Shown here one piece after another: positions 11,536 to 24,669 of a stretch of 64,000 bases of DNA. Each line of letters begins with the position of its first letter. Position 1 is the stretch's first letter. Source of the stretch: Pseudogymnoascus verrucosus (lineage: Eukaryota); the NCBI GenBank assembly GCA_001662655.1, contig KV460221.1; one strand, written 5' to 3'. A model generated the notes under the pieces. It ran no database searches, was not told the origin of the DNA, and was given only the letters and a program-made list of their open reading frames with translations. Position numbers and translations under genes: made by a program.

Positions 11536-13778
11536 TAAGTTAAGTTAAGTTAAGTTTATTTGTAAGCTTCTCGCTATATGCTATAAGCTATCCTAATTGT
11601 TCAAAGTGTTGGCCATCGATTCCGAGCTTAAAAACTCATCAGTCGCAACTGATCGAGCCTGGGATTTCCAGCATTGCTGCCTTCTTCTCCGGCGCCTTCT
11701 CCCCTAGCTGCCCCTCTATCTTCCTTCGCCTTCCATCTCAATTCTTTGCTGTGGTTGAAGTCTTCCGGTCGCTTTCACAAACTCTATAACCGCTTTGATT
11801 GCCATAATATCTGGCTTCCATTGATCCCAGTTGCCATCAATATGCTTTCCAGTTTGTCTCTCGATGCGCCCACTCCATACTCCTAATGGTGCGATACCGT
11901 TTCAGCCTCAGCTCCACATGGACATGCGGCTGAGTCAGCCCTATGAATTCGGGCCATATAATCATTCAATCCAACGTGACCTGTTCTTAGTTGTACTAGG
12001 GTGGCTGTATCCTGTCTATCTAGTATCTTATAGATCTTGGCCATGTGATCCCGCGGCAGAGCCTTGTCGATTGATCGTGTGAATTTACCTCCAAGCGTTC
12101 GTCGAAATAGTAGATCACGCTCTTTCAGAATACGATCTCGAGCTACATGATAGGCTTGTGATTTGAGACGTGGGGCCTGTTCGTCGATCACCTCACATCC
12201 CTTTTGGTAGCTTGTCGCGCCCATTTGTGTGCAAGCTCGTTGCGGTGAATCCCTTCATGGGCTGGCACCCATTGTAGGGTGATTTTCGTACCCTGCGACC
12301 GAAGTTCAGCGGTAATCTCTAGTATCTCCTGAATAAGGTACTGTCCACTCTGCTGCTGTGGTCTTTCCAGAGATTTTATGGCACTTAGACAATCGGTCAG
12401 GATCTTAATCATGCCTTGCCGCGACTGTGGTACTTGGGTACGAAGGATCCTGACAGCCTTCCGGATTGCCCTCAGTTCAGCGGCATATTCGTTATTGTCG
12501 TCCCCCCACGCCGCTGTTTCGTGTACAATGGCCCAGCCACGGTCGTATGCTTTGATTCCCCACACGGATTTGGGGTTGATGATGGGCAGATGTGCTCGAT
12601 GCCACACTACTGCATGCCCAGTAAGACCATTCCTTGCTGAGCCGTCAGTGTATATAGCCGGTACCGTTAGCGACTAAGACTTCCGCGGCTGCCAAGTCTC
12701 TGTCTGCAGTGATGATAATAGCTTCGAAAGCATTGCCAGCTGATGGATGCCTGGATGGAGGCCTGAGGAAAGGCTGGATGACCTCAAGAGTAGTCTTTTT
12801 GGGTCCTCTGACGTCTCTCTCGAATTCTTTAAGCATCCGCCGCAACGGTGACATCATCTTGGTGGTGGTGGGCCGGATGTTGCGCCTCAGCTGCCACCAT
12901 GGGCGAGAAGCTGGGAGCGTATGCAGCCCAATAGCATACCGCATCATCTTCAACCGAAGGCGGATGGTGATTGGAAAGAGCCCAGCTTCAGCTTCCAGGA
13001 TAACCCCAGCCGCCGTCTTGAAAGCGCCAGTCACCACCCGGGCGCCGAGTCGTTGGACACCTTCCAGCATCTTTTCGGCGAACTGTCCTCGATCTTGAAT
13101 CTTATATCATATTGATGCCGCGTAATCCATTTTCGAAGCTACTGTGGCGATATACAATTGCTCCATTGCTACGGGCGGAAGTCCTCGCAGCATGCCTAGA
13201 GAGACGCACTGCTTTGTCGCCCTGCGTGTAACTGCCTGCATGTGTTCCCTCATCCGGAGTTTGCTATCGGATTCACCCCGAGGACCTTCACCGTATTGCT
13301 TGGTGCCACATGTACCCCATTGATTTGTAGTGCTACATGTGGTTGTTGTGCTCTCTCCACACTCTTCGTGAAATGGATGAATTGGGTCTTACTAGCCTCG
13401 AAAGTGGCTCCACTTCGCTTTTCCCATTGTACGATTCTAGGGATGATTTCATTCTGGATTCTGTTTGTGTTTTCTTCTGGTGACGGGCCTGTGACCCAGG
13501 CTGTGTAGTCATCTACGAAGCCCATCTCCCCGCCCTGTAATTTACTATACCATGAAACAGTGTGGCATTGTAAACGATGTACAAGATCGGTGACAGTGGT
13601 GATCCTTGTGGCAGGCCAGGATATGTGATGTTCGATGTTGAAGAACAATAGCTACCAAAGGCTATACATGCATGACGATCACTACAAAAGCTGTAGATCC
13701 AGTGCCTGCAGTCGGTCCTTCAACACTCCTTTATTTACTCCATTGTAGGCTCCTTGCACGTCAAACGTTACCAAGCAA
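11536..13778 (-). mobile_element. 5'-truncated, degenerate Tad1-like LINE retrotransposon
   Basis: RT motifs FDVQGAY and FVDDYTAW; RNase H motifs YTDGS, AELRAI, TDCLSA, WVPAH; Cys/His finger LRTGH..CPCG..ETVSH. 3' tail AATAA plus (ACTTA)n at 11536-11560. Confidence 0.9.
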
Positions 13779-13919
13779 AAGGGCAGCAAAAAATGTGAAA
13801 CAAAAGAGGTGATTATGTGAGTATGTGAGAATGCGAGTTCTGGACTAATGCGCAGCACAAAAATCGAAAGTAAATATTAATGTATCGTTATAGGAGAGAT
13901 ATTTGACATACAGCTTCGC

Positions 13920-14035
13920 ATATTTGTTTCCCACCGCGTCCTTTGCTTTTAACACACTGGTATCGTCTGTGACGTCTAGCGCCACGACATCCATAACGCC
14001 GAGCTCCTCGACGACTTTGTCTCCGTTTCTTGTGA
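13920..14035 (-). pseudogene. Short SDR (carbonyl reductase-like) fragment
   Basis: Translates GDKVVEELGVMDVVALDVTDDTSVLKAKDAVGNKY. Confidence 0.4.
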
Positions 14036-14067
14036 GCGGCAGGCAAAGATATAGGTCGCATTAAGAA

Positions 14068-14105
14068 CTCTCAAAACAGTATGTAGATACATACTGTTTT
14101 GAGAG
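14068..14105. repeat. Perfect hairpin, 18-bp arms, 2-nt loop
   Basis: CTCTCAAAACAGTATGTA-GA-TACATACTGTTTTGAGAG. Confidence 0.9.
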
Positions 14106-14783
14106 ACTGCATGATAGCGCGGGTAACACGGAAGATGGGTGACATTACGTGCTCGAACGACGTTTTAGACACCAAGTACTAGAAGCAGATCAAGAATCTC
14201 AACTCGCATTGACTGGGAGCTCTGCTTTTGGAGAATCACCAAAAGAATACCTCTATTGGGCTGGAGATGCCCTTTTTCTCGTGCGATATTCCAGGATCAG
14301 TGGAGACTTGTTATGGTGTCCAGTCTAAAAGCGGCCGAGGCGCTTTGAGGCTATCCTTTCACAGAGGTCTAGGATCGGAGGAATTGTGGCAACGAGTTGT
14401 GCCGGATCGGGGGAGAAGTGTCTACCAACGAGAGCATCAACGGACGGGAAATGAGCCTACACCTTGATATTGGACTTCGGATGGCTGGGAGGTCGCTCCG
14501 GGAGGATCTTCAATCTCTTGACGCCGTGAATGATATTTAGTCACGTCGTCCTCTCCTCTGCTGACCTCCGCTACCCTACGGATTTAAATCCAATCCTGCT
14601 CGCCGTCTTGACTCCTGTTTCGCGTTGCCTGAGTCAAATCCGCATTCAAATCCCCAACGGGCTTCGGGGACTTGCTATATTTGAATTCGCATTCATCGGA
14701 CCCGGACGCAGCGGGATCCCGAGATTGTGCTCGGTAGCTTCGCGAGGGTTGTCAATAGCGCGAGATATCCAGGCGGCCCTGAT

Positions 14784-16035
14784 CTACATGTGCCCGGCCC
14801 GGTTCGAGTGGGAGTAACCTCGTAAAAAGGAGCGGAAGAGCGGGCGGAGCGTGTATGCAGAGGCTGCGATGATACCGAGCCCAGCTTCAACGGTGGACCA
14901 GATGTTGACGTATCTGAAAAGCGGTTAGCGGTAGAATATGGAAGGTAAGGTGGACTTAGGTCTCTATTTACGCTGCGATATAGAGGTAGTCATTCGTGAA
15001 TTTGAGCTCTTGGAGGTATGGAATGCGGATCATCGCACTCACTCCGGCACTATGGTTAAGTTAGTGTAGTCCAAGAATAAAGAAAGGGGCTGGACGAGAC
15101 TAACAGAATACCTAGAGCTAGAATAGCGGCTATGGACATCTTCGTGCGCCGCTCCATTTGAATATTCCAGATAATAACGATAGGAAACAGTCCGAGTGCC
15201 CAATCTGCCATAAAGGAAACCACAGAGTAGGCGATGTTTGCGTCTGGTAGAGCATTTGTACAGCTCCCTTGGCCGCCCTCGTATCCTAGTTCATCGACAC
15301 ATCAGCGATCGTCTAATCAGGATGTAAAGAGCGAAGGTGCCTCCATAACCCAGCATAGAAATGGAGGAATAAAAGTAATCCTAGCGAGGCCTACTCTTCC
15401 AGTAATAGTTGACAGGAGAACATTGGAATATGCTGAAAAAGAAGTAAACGGTCGAGGAGATGACTAGCATTGTCATGATCCAATAGACCATTATTTTGTG
15501 TGTACGTGTAACGCATATCCTAATTAGAAACACGGAAATTGAGAGACGGATAAGGACGGTAATTAGTGCATATAATAATCTAATTATGAAGTCAGCAGCT
15601 GCTTTATTAAGGTGAACGGTTTGACAAGGAGTTCTAATTCCAAGACCTACTTACTCACACACGAACCAAAAACTAAATGCCTTGGAAATATTTTCAGGAG
15701 GAATATTTGAGAGATGCCTCCCAGCGCCGTGCTTGACTGCAAGGAACCCAAATGTACAATATAGGGTGAAGAGTATCTGCATTGAAATTAGACAACGGAG
15801 AGCAGCCAAAAGTCCCAAGTGGCAGCGATAACCCACCATAGAAATGATAACAAGCATATCATCTATCCCCCAACTGCCAGTGATACAGCTTCTCACATAT
15901 ATTCGAAGGGAAAAGAAGATCCATGAGAGTCCCAAAAAACCCCCCGCCACACCAGCTAGGCCCCATGGTCAGCTCGCCCGATGTGCCTTCATGAACATAC
16001 TCACCAACCTGAGGGCCTCTGTCATTTGCAGCCAT
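14784..16035 (-). CDS. PTH11-like (fungal rhodopsin-domain) 7-TM integral membrane protein without CFEM
   Basis: Manual splicing over six GT-AG introns gives an open frame: MAANDRGPQV, LRIYVR..WGIDD, HGAGRH, FQCSPVNYYW, DWALGLFP..IWNIQM..K, WSTVEAGLGIIAAS..LRPLF. The TAG at 14784 may be premature. Confidence 0.8.
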
Positions 16036-16989
16036 CTTATTTCGACGCAAGGACTGTTGCTTTTCGGTCGTAAAGCAATAACATCATCAAGTCAACGGGA
16101 GAGAATTTTAAGGCATGACGTCACTTGTGATGGACTGAATCTGGCTGCCTGCTGTTTGGTAGGTACCGGCTATGATCCGAGGGCGGAAGCTGCACTAAAT
16201 CAGGCAGCATCAAAATTCACGGGATACTATGTCCAGAGCAACTCCTCCTCTGAGACTTTGGAGCAGCCATCCGAACCCAGTCCCGGTGATATAACAGGAT
16301 TTTTTTTCCCCAATGGCTTAAGGTATGAACTAATCAGGACTAGTGGTTTGAGTGGCGTTATCGCTTCCGAACGTGACTTGATTCCCAATGAGTTCATCCA
16401 CCAAGACGAAAGAAGAAGCGTTTGCCAATTGATCATCGCGATTGATTTGTAAATTATCAATGGGGGGTTGGGGAGGTCGTAGACTTGGTGATCGTTGAGT
16501 TTTGAAGTGGATACCAAATTTGAGGTTGGCTGCCCTCGGGATGCTTCCGAGCGTATTCGAAGCAAGCGTTTGGTTTGCGTGTTGTCCCCGATTGGCTACA
16601 CGGAATTATATTCATGTTTCCAACAGTGTTCATCCCTCAGACATACCAAAATTTCCACAAATTTCCACAAAATGGGACAAATAATCAAGAGTTTGCCGCC
16701 TATTTGAACTACTATACAATATTTCTATGCCAATTTGAGAAGATCATGTTATGTCTGGATTTCAAATAATCATCTCCAACTATGGTCCCTTGACGCCAAA
16801 CAACTAAAGCTTGGATTGTTTGGTCGTTCCCCGAACGTTGCTGAAGGATCGTACAGAAAGTTCAAACGGCATTCCAGAATCCCAACTGCATTTACTGCAC
16901 TAGGCTCTCAGTATCTGACCACTCGCTGGACGAACTTCTTCTGCGAGCCCCACCGCAAGCTAGGAATTCTCCATCAATCCTCAACCATA

Positions 16990-17961
16990 ATGGACAGCTC
17001 AACGGAGACAAAAAAGTCACCCTTCACCCCAAACTTAACCGAAGTCCTGTCTTCGATTCCTTGTGTTCCAGATCTCAGCCACAAGAGGAACCTCGCATCG
17101 CACCGTAAACTGTTCGAATGGACACCAGAACAGGCATTCACTGATCCTCAGATCTCGCACGTGGAGAAACGAATTCCTGGTCCTGACGGTGACATCGCAT
17201 TGACTATCCTCCGAAAAAAAGGTCCCAGATCAACAAGTCGGCCCGGAATTTACTTCCTTCACGGAGGTGGACTGGTAATGGGAACGCGATATACCTTCCT
17301 GCAAGCCGTGTTCGAATGGGTAAAGCAGATCGACGCGGTCGTAATCTCTGCCGAGTACAGATTGGCACCAGAGCATCCATCTCCAGCAGGGTTCGAGGAC
17401 GCGTATGTTGGCTTCCAATGGACGGCAGATCATGCAGCGGAGCTTGATATTAATCCGAAGAAGCTGTTGATTGCCGGTGCTTCTGCTGGAGGCGGTCTTG
17501 CAGCAGCTGTTGCGCTCAAGGCACGTGATGACAAAGGTCTAGAACCGTGCGGACAGCTATTACTCTATCCAATGCTGGATGATCGCTGTGCTACGAAATC
17601 GATGGAACAATTTTCTACGGATGGCACGTGGACAGGTGTAGCGTCCAAGGCAGCGTGGGACTTGGTGCTTCCTGGAAGGCGAGGAAGTGATAAGGTCAAT
17701 GTTTATGAGGCGCCAGGACGGGCCATCGACCTGAGTGGACTCCCACCAACTTTTATCGAGGTTGCTTCTACTGAACCGTTTAGAGATGAGTGCGTAAATT
17801 ATGCGAGTAATTTGTGCATAAATGGGGTAGAAACCGAGCTTCATCTGTGGCCTGGAATTTTTCATTCCTCTGAGGTGTTCGCGCCAGATGCATATCAGTC
17901 TCAAGGTGCGTTTGCGACGAGACTAGCTTGGGTCAAGGAATTGCTGCTCGAGCGAGATTAA
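16990..17961 (+). CDS. Alpha/beta hydrolase, HSL family esterase/lactone hydrolase
   Basis: Intronless; HGGG, EYRLAPEHP, GASAGG, YPMLDDR, FRDE, WPGIFH. Confidence 0.92.
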   Translation: MDSSTETKKSPFTPNLTEVLSSIPCVPDLSHKRNLASHRKLFEWTPEQAFTDPQISHVEKRIPGPDGDIALTILRKKGPRSTSRPGIYFLHGGGLVMGTRYTFLQAVFEWVKQIDAVVISAEYRLAPEHPSPAGFEDAYVGFQWTADHAAELDINPKKLLIAGASAGGGLAAAVALKARDDKGLEPCGQLLLYPMLDDRCATKSMEQFSTDGTWTGVASKAAWDLVLPGRRGSDKVNVYEAPGRAIDLSGLPPTFIEVASTEPFRDECVNYASNLCINGVETELHLWPGIFHSSEVFAPDAYQSQGAFATRLAWVKELLLERD

Positions 17962-18481
17962 TCCTGTATTGATTCCTAATCCAACATGTTAAATTCCTTA
18001 TGCGGAATTAATAGGTTTCTTTTGACCTCAGTTATTCAAAATAGGAAATATAAAGCAATATGAAGCGAACTTAGGCTCTGTTCTCGCAAATCGTTAGTGG
18101 CTAAGAGGACATCTGAATTTGACTGATTGCTAATGAACTCTCCTACGAGACAGCGTGAATCTAGAGCCTATCGAAAACTTGGATGCCACCCGAGTGTAAA
18201 ATATCCGCATAATGCCCTGCTGCACGGGAAGCACCCTACACGCGTTACCCCACTTTCACGTGCAACCCAGTATCACAAGTGAGTAGCTCGGGACAATTCT
18301 GCGTCCTTCAAATCTCCATTCTAAGGCATTATCTAAGTATAAGAGCATCTCGCCAACTTTTTAACCCAATCTTTCTAAAGGCTAACATCCAAGATCTCTA
18401 GATTAGAATGACGACCAGTAGCGCACCTCCATTTCTCCCTGCCTCGTCGGTGACAAATGTGGTAACCCTTCCGGTTAGAGT

Positions 18482-21350
18482 TCAAGAATGGTTCTGAGAA
18501 AGCAAGTCACCCCAGCCAGTATCATCCAGGTTCCATGGAGGTTGCAATGCCATATTCTGAGAGATCATATCTTGGATTTGCACGTCAGTGAGCATATAAT
18601 CGTTACTGACAGGGGGCTGGGCGTCAGCTGCTTCGTAGAGTCCTATCTGTTGAGGAATCTGTACGCCAGTCTCTATCGCTGTGGGATAAGTAGATGTCGT
18701 TGTTCCTGAAATATGGGTGATAGGATTACGGGCAGCTTGAGCTGTTTATGTCTTAGCGGAAAATCGTAGATTGACGAAGGATAGCTCACTATTTGACTTG
18801 GAAAACACTTGCTGATGCATGCTGCTCAGGGTTTTGGCACATTGCTTTGCTGCATCGTTGTGCCGGCTCATTCTTTCCAAAACTCTCTGGCATTGGTCCC
18901 AGGACTGTCGAACGCTGCCAGATTTTTCAGGCTCTAGAACGGTGGGACAAAGTTCCGCCAACACAAGCACCATTGCTGATGAAAATAAATCTACAAGAGT
19001 TCGTATTGATTAGTAGGCGTCTATTAGTGTATTGGCAAATATTACTCACAGAACAAATTGTACCACCAAGCACCTGTGGCAGTCGTCTGTGAGGCATGAT
19101 CGATAATATCTATCAGCTCTTCCGCAGCTCCTACACATGCCACCGCACAGTGTGGAGCCAAGTGAGAGTAGAGCATATTGTTTGACATATCCTGGCGTTC
19201 AGAATCGCCAGATGGCCCTTTCGAGCATCCCATCTTTGACTCTATACATAGTTGGTTGAATATAGGGCGATATAGATGCATCTTGAGATGCGTGAATCTG
19301 TAATTTTGGATCAATCATCATTGTTAGAAAATCAAAGTATAAAAGAAGACCAACCTTGCATGAAGAACATTAACCTGTCGGTCGACAATTTCCGTGCGGT
19401 CAAGAGTTGGATCTCGCCGAGTCCAATGGAGCTGACTCGGCACATTCGACTCAAAATCCGATAGTGTATAATCTAGCCTGATTATCGTGTCAAAAGAGTT
19501 GTTCCTGAGCTGCTGACCAATCTTGTTACGCCTGCCCAAGCGACTCCAGGGTTTATAAACATCTGTGAGTATCTCCGCAAGTATTTTATTAAGTTTTACT
19601 GCTTGGACAAAGAATTCAAGGAGTGGCGGGTTGACGCTGTTTGGTGAGAGAAAAGCCGTGGATGCTACGTCGAGAGAATCGTCATTGACTACCATAGGCA
19701 ATGGTACGTCTGATTGACCCGAGGTGATCGTAGGTCTGCCGAGGGTCATGCTGACAACTCTGCCGGAAGTAATTCAGTCTTGCAACATAAAACCAGCGAA
19801 CCGAAGAACTTGGAAAGGGCCGTGGAGAGCAACTCACGTATCAAGCAACACACAGCCATACCATGCGCGTCGTCTCATTTCTATTTCAAGAGCAGAACGA
19901 TTCTCGTTGGATTCGTCAAGATACAATCCAATACCTTGAGCCACCCGGCAAGCTAACCCCACCATGTTCCAGCATCGATCAGGGTAATGGGTACTTTGAA
20001 GAAACTGTGCCATGATAAGAAGCGACTGGACAAGAGCCAAATCTCCATCATCCAAGATATCAATATGTAAGTAGTGCTTACCACGACGAAAGAATGTATC
20101 CGTAAGCGCTTCTCTTTCTTCCGGAGCCAAGTCAGAGAATTGACAGCCTAGAGCAAACATAGCATTCAATGCGCAGGAGAAAGTGTCCAGTCCAAAGTTG
20201 GAGCCACCAAGCCCGATAGCCTGACGCGAACAGTAATCATCTCTTTCCGCGGCACTCTCGCGAGCCCAAAGTTGCTCATAGCTTCTGAGAAAGCTCGGCT
20301 TGTGCACAAACGGGTATAGACAATGGACTCTATTCCAGTACAGATCTAACAGGTGATCTGCAAGCGCGCGAGGAGGTAGAGCGAGCGCTTCCAGCTTGGA
20401 CCTAGAACATTGGTCTAGGAACGGGGATAGAGCGTTTGAGGGTTGTTTTAGTCGTTTCATTATTGATGGCTGTGAACGGACAAGGTCTGGTTCGCCCGTG
20501 GATCGCCGAAGGGTTTCCTGGACTTGATGTTGGAATGATACTGCAGATGAGTTCCCGTAAAAATGTTCTTGCGCAGTAGTCACTCTGTCCGAAATATGCG
20601 ACGCTGCACCCATAGCACTCACCGCATCGTCACGGTTTTGGTGCTTCTCCCGGTCCGATGATGAATCTCTAGACGATTGTGGCACTTCAAGACCAAAGAG
20701 CACTTCTGGCTGGCTGTTATGACTCGGTTGGTTTCTAGCTGCAAGTAGATGTTCGCCTGTGAAAGCATATTCGAACGCGGATCGCAAAGGCTCAGGTTGT
20801 CCATGAGAAGATGACAGTACAAGTGGAATCGCATTCACCTCGCGCAGAGTCTCCGGTGTTGGAAATGGGTTGTTGTCGTCGCGATTGACCTCAGTAAGAC
20901 CGGACAGACCAGTTCTACCTTCTGGCTGGTCGTTCTCAAGCTCGTGAATTCGATTCCGCAGATGTTGTATGTACCTAAAGATATAATTAATCACTGACTG
21001 CTTTTAGGGATGGGTACGTACTCTCTTTCGCTCAAAGATCTAAAATGGTCGGAAGTATAGGCACAAGGATTTTCAGGTTCTTTTCGTCTTTGACAATTGC
21101 CGCAGGTTGGCTTCTGTCCATCGCATCGGATTTTTCTTCCTCTACAAGTAACGCAGGCAAGTGCAACCTTTTGACGTTTATGGGGTCCTGTTTGGCGCCG
21201 TCCAGCTCCGGTTGCCTAACCACCATCAGCTATGATTTGATTCGATTCCCTCAACACGGCATGAAAGGCGCAGATTAGATCAGATGCTGAGACAAGTTAG
21301 GGTATGTATACATTGTGCTGCAATTTCTGACGCTGTACACTCCCTTCCAT
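18482..21350 (-). CDS. Zn2Cys6 transcription factor with fungal-specific middle homology domain (TF-A)
   Basis: ACVTCRGRKIRCDGQKPTCGNC..C at ~21065-21160; YPFVHKPSF, AQGIGL, EMRRRAWYGC, MTLGRP. Multi-intron; start inferred from a short exon 1 that parallels TF-B. Confidence 0.88.
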
Positions 21351-21835
21351 CCTGGTGCGCTGCGGTTGGCGGCGAATGCTATCGGCGATCAACACATGGA
21401 GGAAGGGCCACTCTAAGGCGGATTGATTGATTGATTGATTAGTTACGCGGTAGGACGGATTGCGCGAGAGAGTTTAGGTTATCGTTGAAGCAGTGGCGTC
21501 GTTAGGTAGACTCTGGCTCTGAAACTGACAGTCACTCTGTGCCCGACATCTCGGCATGTGGGAAATCAGCCACGTACAAGTAGTTGAGAAACGAAAAGCA
21601 CATCGAAATGAAATCGTGGACAGAAACTGTGGAGTGCGGGGTAAGTCCCACTAACAAGAGTGGGGCGCAAATGGGGCGAAAGTGGGCCTCACGATTACGA
21701 GGTTGACCGAAAGTATTCGTCAGATTCGTCAGATTCAATGCCATTGACTTCCTAAGCCTTACCGACTTGACTTTTAATACCAGTTCCTTAAACAACTAAA
21801 ATTATCCATCTATCTTCTAAGAAGTACAATAATGA

Positions 21836-23822
21836 TCACCTTTGAACTCTTCCCCAGCCACTGAAAAATCCCCTCAAACCATCGTGGTCCTCAATTGCGG
21901 TAACCATTGATACATCTATACCTGTTAGGGACAAGATGACGAGTTGTGAGAAGAAAGATTGCCTACATTGGTCAGGGCGAACGATTACTGCAGCACCCTT
22001 ATTGCTGTCAACGCCGTAAAAGTCGTACGCGGTGCCGCACCCTTCATCCTTGATTTCTTCGTCGACAAAAATCTTGTGGATATCTTAACTGGTATTAGTA
22101 ACGGGAATGGAAACTTGCGAGAGGACATATGCTGACCGCTTATGCGCCATTTGCCAATTATTGGGGAGAAGACCGAAGGGATCTGCCCTGCATCGATATC
22201 ATGGCGTACTCCGGAGAGGACGACGAGGACTTCGATGAAGCTGTCGATGTCGGCCGTTGGCGGCGTGTAAGTCTGTACTGGGCCAGTCTCGGAGAACAAA
22301 AATTCACCCAGCTGACGACAGATCAGTACCAAGACATTATTGTGTGTTTCACTCGTAGGCATGCAAACTGACCTTCTTCAGTTTCTCTGCTTTAGCTGCA
22401 TCGCGGATGTCGCCAGCGAACAGCACGATGCGCCACCGACCATCTGAAGGCATTGCTGTGACCAACTGCATCACACGCGCATCACACAACCGTACTACCG
22501 GTGTGCTGGGGAATCGCATTCCTACCGTCAGCTCTGCTGCAAGATGTTGTGTACTGCCAGACACATTTGTAATTGAAGACTCATCGTACTTCGCAGTGAG
22601 GCCAGCAGTATATCGACCCGCCCTGATAAAGCGCTCAATGAAAGACTCGGCGTCGGTATTTTTTGATGAAAATGATTTGGTGAAGGCCCGATCAAAGTCT
22701 ATAAGAGTGGCTGCGACCTTTTTCCGCTCGATATTATACGTGTAAAGAAGATCAGGAGAGGCCTGGCCTTTGAGTATACTCGCTAACTTCCATCCGATAT
22801 TATATCCATCCTGCAAGCTCACATTCATACCTTGACCAGCTTTGGGAGAATGGGTGTGGCATGCATCTCCGGTTAGGAAAACACGATTATCCTTTGAAAA
22901 GTGATCTGCCAGTCGTTGTCCGATGGAGTATGCTGACCACCAAAATGTCGACGCTATATCCAACTTGAACGGCGACAGTATACGGGCTGCTGCAGAATGT
23001 AGATCATCAAGCTTCACCTCTTTTGCGATGACCCCTCGCCCAAGCTGGATATAGAAGCGTACCATAGATCCCCCTTCGCGTGGGATGATTAGGAGGCTGC
23101 CGTGGGGTGATTGTATTACCGCTTTTTTCCGAATATCTGGGAAATCGGTGCGTGGAAATATGTCCATGACTCCCCACACATCATTTGTAGAGTCTCCAAT
23201 CATGGTATAGCCCAGCGATCTCCGGACAGTGCTATGTGCACCGTCACAACCCTGTCAAGTTGTCAACCAAGTAAACAAACATATGGTGTCTGGTATATAA
23301 TATCCCCACCAGCACGTATTTCGCGTCTATCTTCTCATCTCTTCCGTCCTTTGTTGCAATGACTGTCACGCAGTGGGCCTCCGGGTCTTTGGCAGTAGCA
23401 CTGTCGACTTGAACACTCTTCACAGTATATCCATATTCAACCTCCTGTCCGTTAAAGGAGCGCATAGCGTCGATCAGGATGCCATGAACGCGAGCTTGGT
23501 TGATGATCAAATGTGGCTGGTGTGAGAGACCCGCGGGTGTATCTGCTATACGGTTTGTTCGAATCAGTTCATCTTGGGAGTTGGCCGACCAGAAGCAGAC
23601 TTCCAGCACATGGTATGACTCTCGCAATAACTCTTCGGCAAGGCCAAAGCTTTCGAAGATCTCCACAGTGCGGCATTGAACACCATCAGCCTGACCATTC
23701 AACAGGGGACCAAGGCGTGAATCGACAATTTTACAACTCAAACCACATCGTGCTAGCCAGGTCGCAGCACAAACACCGGCGGAGCCGCTTCCGCAGATCA
23801 AAACATCGACTTTCTCCGCCAT
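21836..23822 (-). CDS. Phenol 2-monooxygenase (FAD-dependent PHHY family)
   Basis: DVLICGSGSAG, GQADG, GCDGAHS, VFLTGDACHTHSPKAGQGMN, C-terminal IVRPDQYV; four introns. Confidence 0.93.
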
Positions 23823-24669
23823 CTGCGTGGAATACTTTTGGAAGCCTGGGTTATGGCAGTGACGATGATAAAAAGAAGAAGACCGATAATCTCTCGAGAA
23901 GGGCCTTCAGAGATGGTGCCGACCTCGCGAGCACCAACAATATATAAGTTATATAATAGGCGCCCTCGGCAGTCAAAATGGTAGAAGACTCTGCTCCGCA
24001 GTCATAGGGACTATGTAAATGCGTGATAATTAAGGCAAGAATATTTAGCATGCGCTAGAGCCCGCTCGGTGAGCCGTCGCCGGCTTTCTGAACTAGGTAT
24101 TCTGGGAGTTGTCGCATTCGGCACGGATACCTTTCCAGCTCTTCCGTACATGATTCGAGAAATGGAACGTGCCTCGAGGGCTACATACTATTGTAATACA
24201 TTGCCCAGTCTGCTGCGTTGCCGTCGGGTGGCTTCCGCACCAACTCTTACCCGTACACTTCTTAATTCTCCATAACTCCGTACCCTCTTCCCGCTAATCC
24301 TGGCTTTCCGATCATTTTCCACGAGTGATTGGAAACCCCTTTCGTTCAAGCCAATGTCCTAGTAAGAGAGATGGGACTGATCTTGTGCAGTTCGGCTTGG
24401 ATTCCGCTTTGCACTCTCGTCGGGATCAATCCAGACATACCCCTGTCCAGCCCACCATCTCGGGTGCTGTCCCGTCTCCATAAAACGTTAGAGGCTAATA
24501 AGCGAGGTGGGTCCTTTTATGGGAGTCGACCGGATTTACCGTTGGTATGGGCAGCAGATGGCAAGCGTGCAAGTTTGTTATCTACAAAGGAATTATTATG
24601 ATGGCCAATTAATTAATCAACTGTCCTGTTAAACACAACACGCCAAGAATAAAATTACAACCCTCTGAA

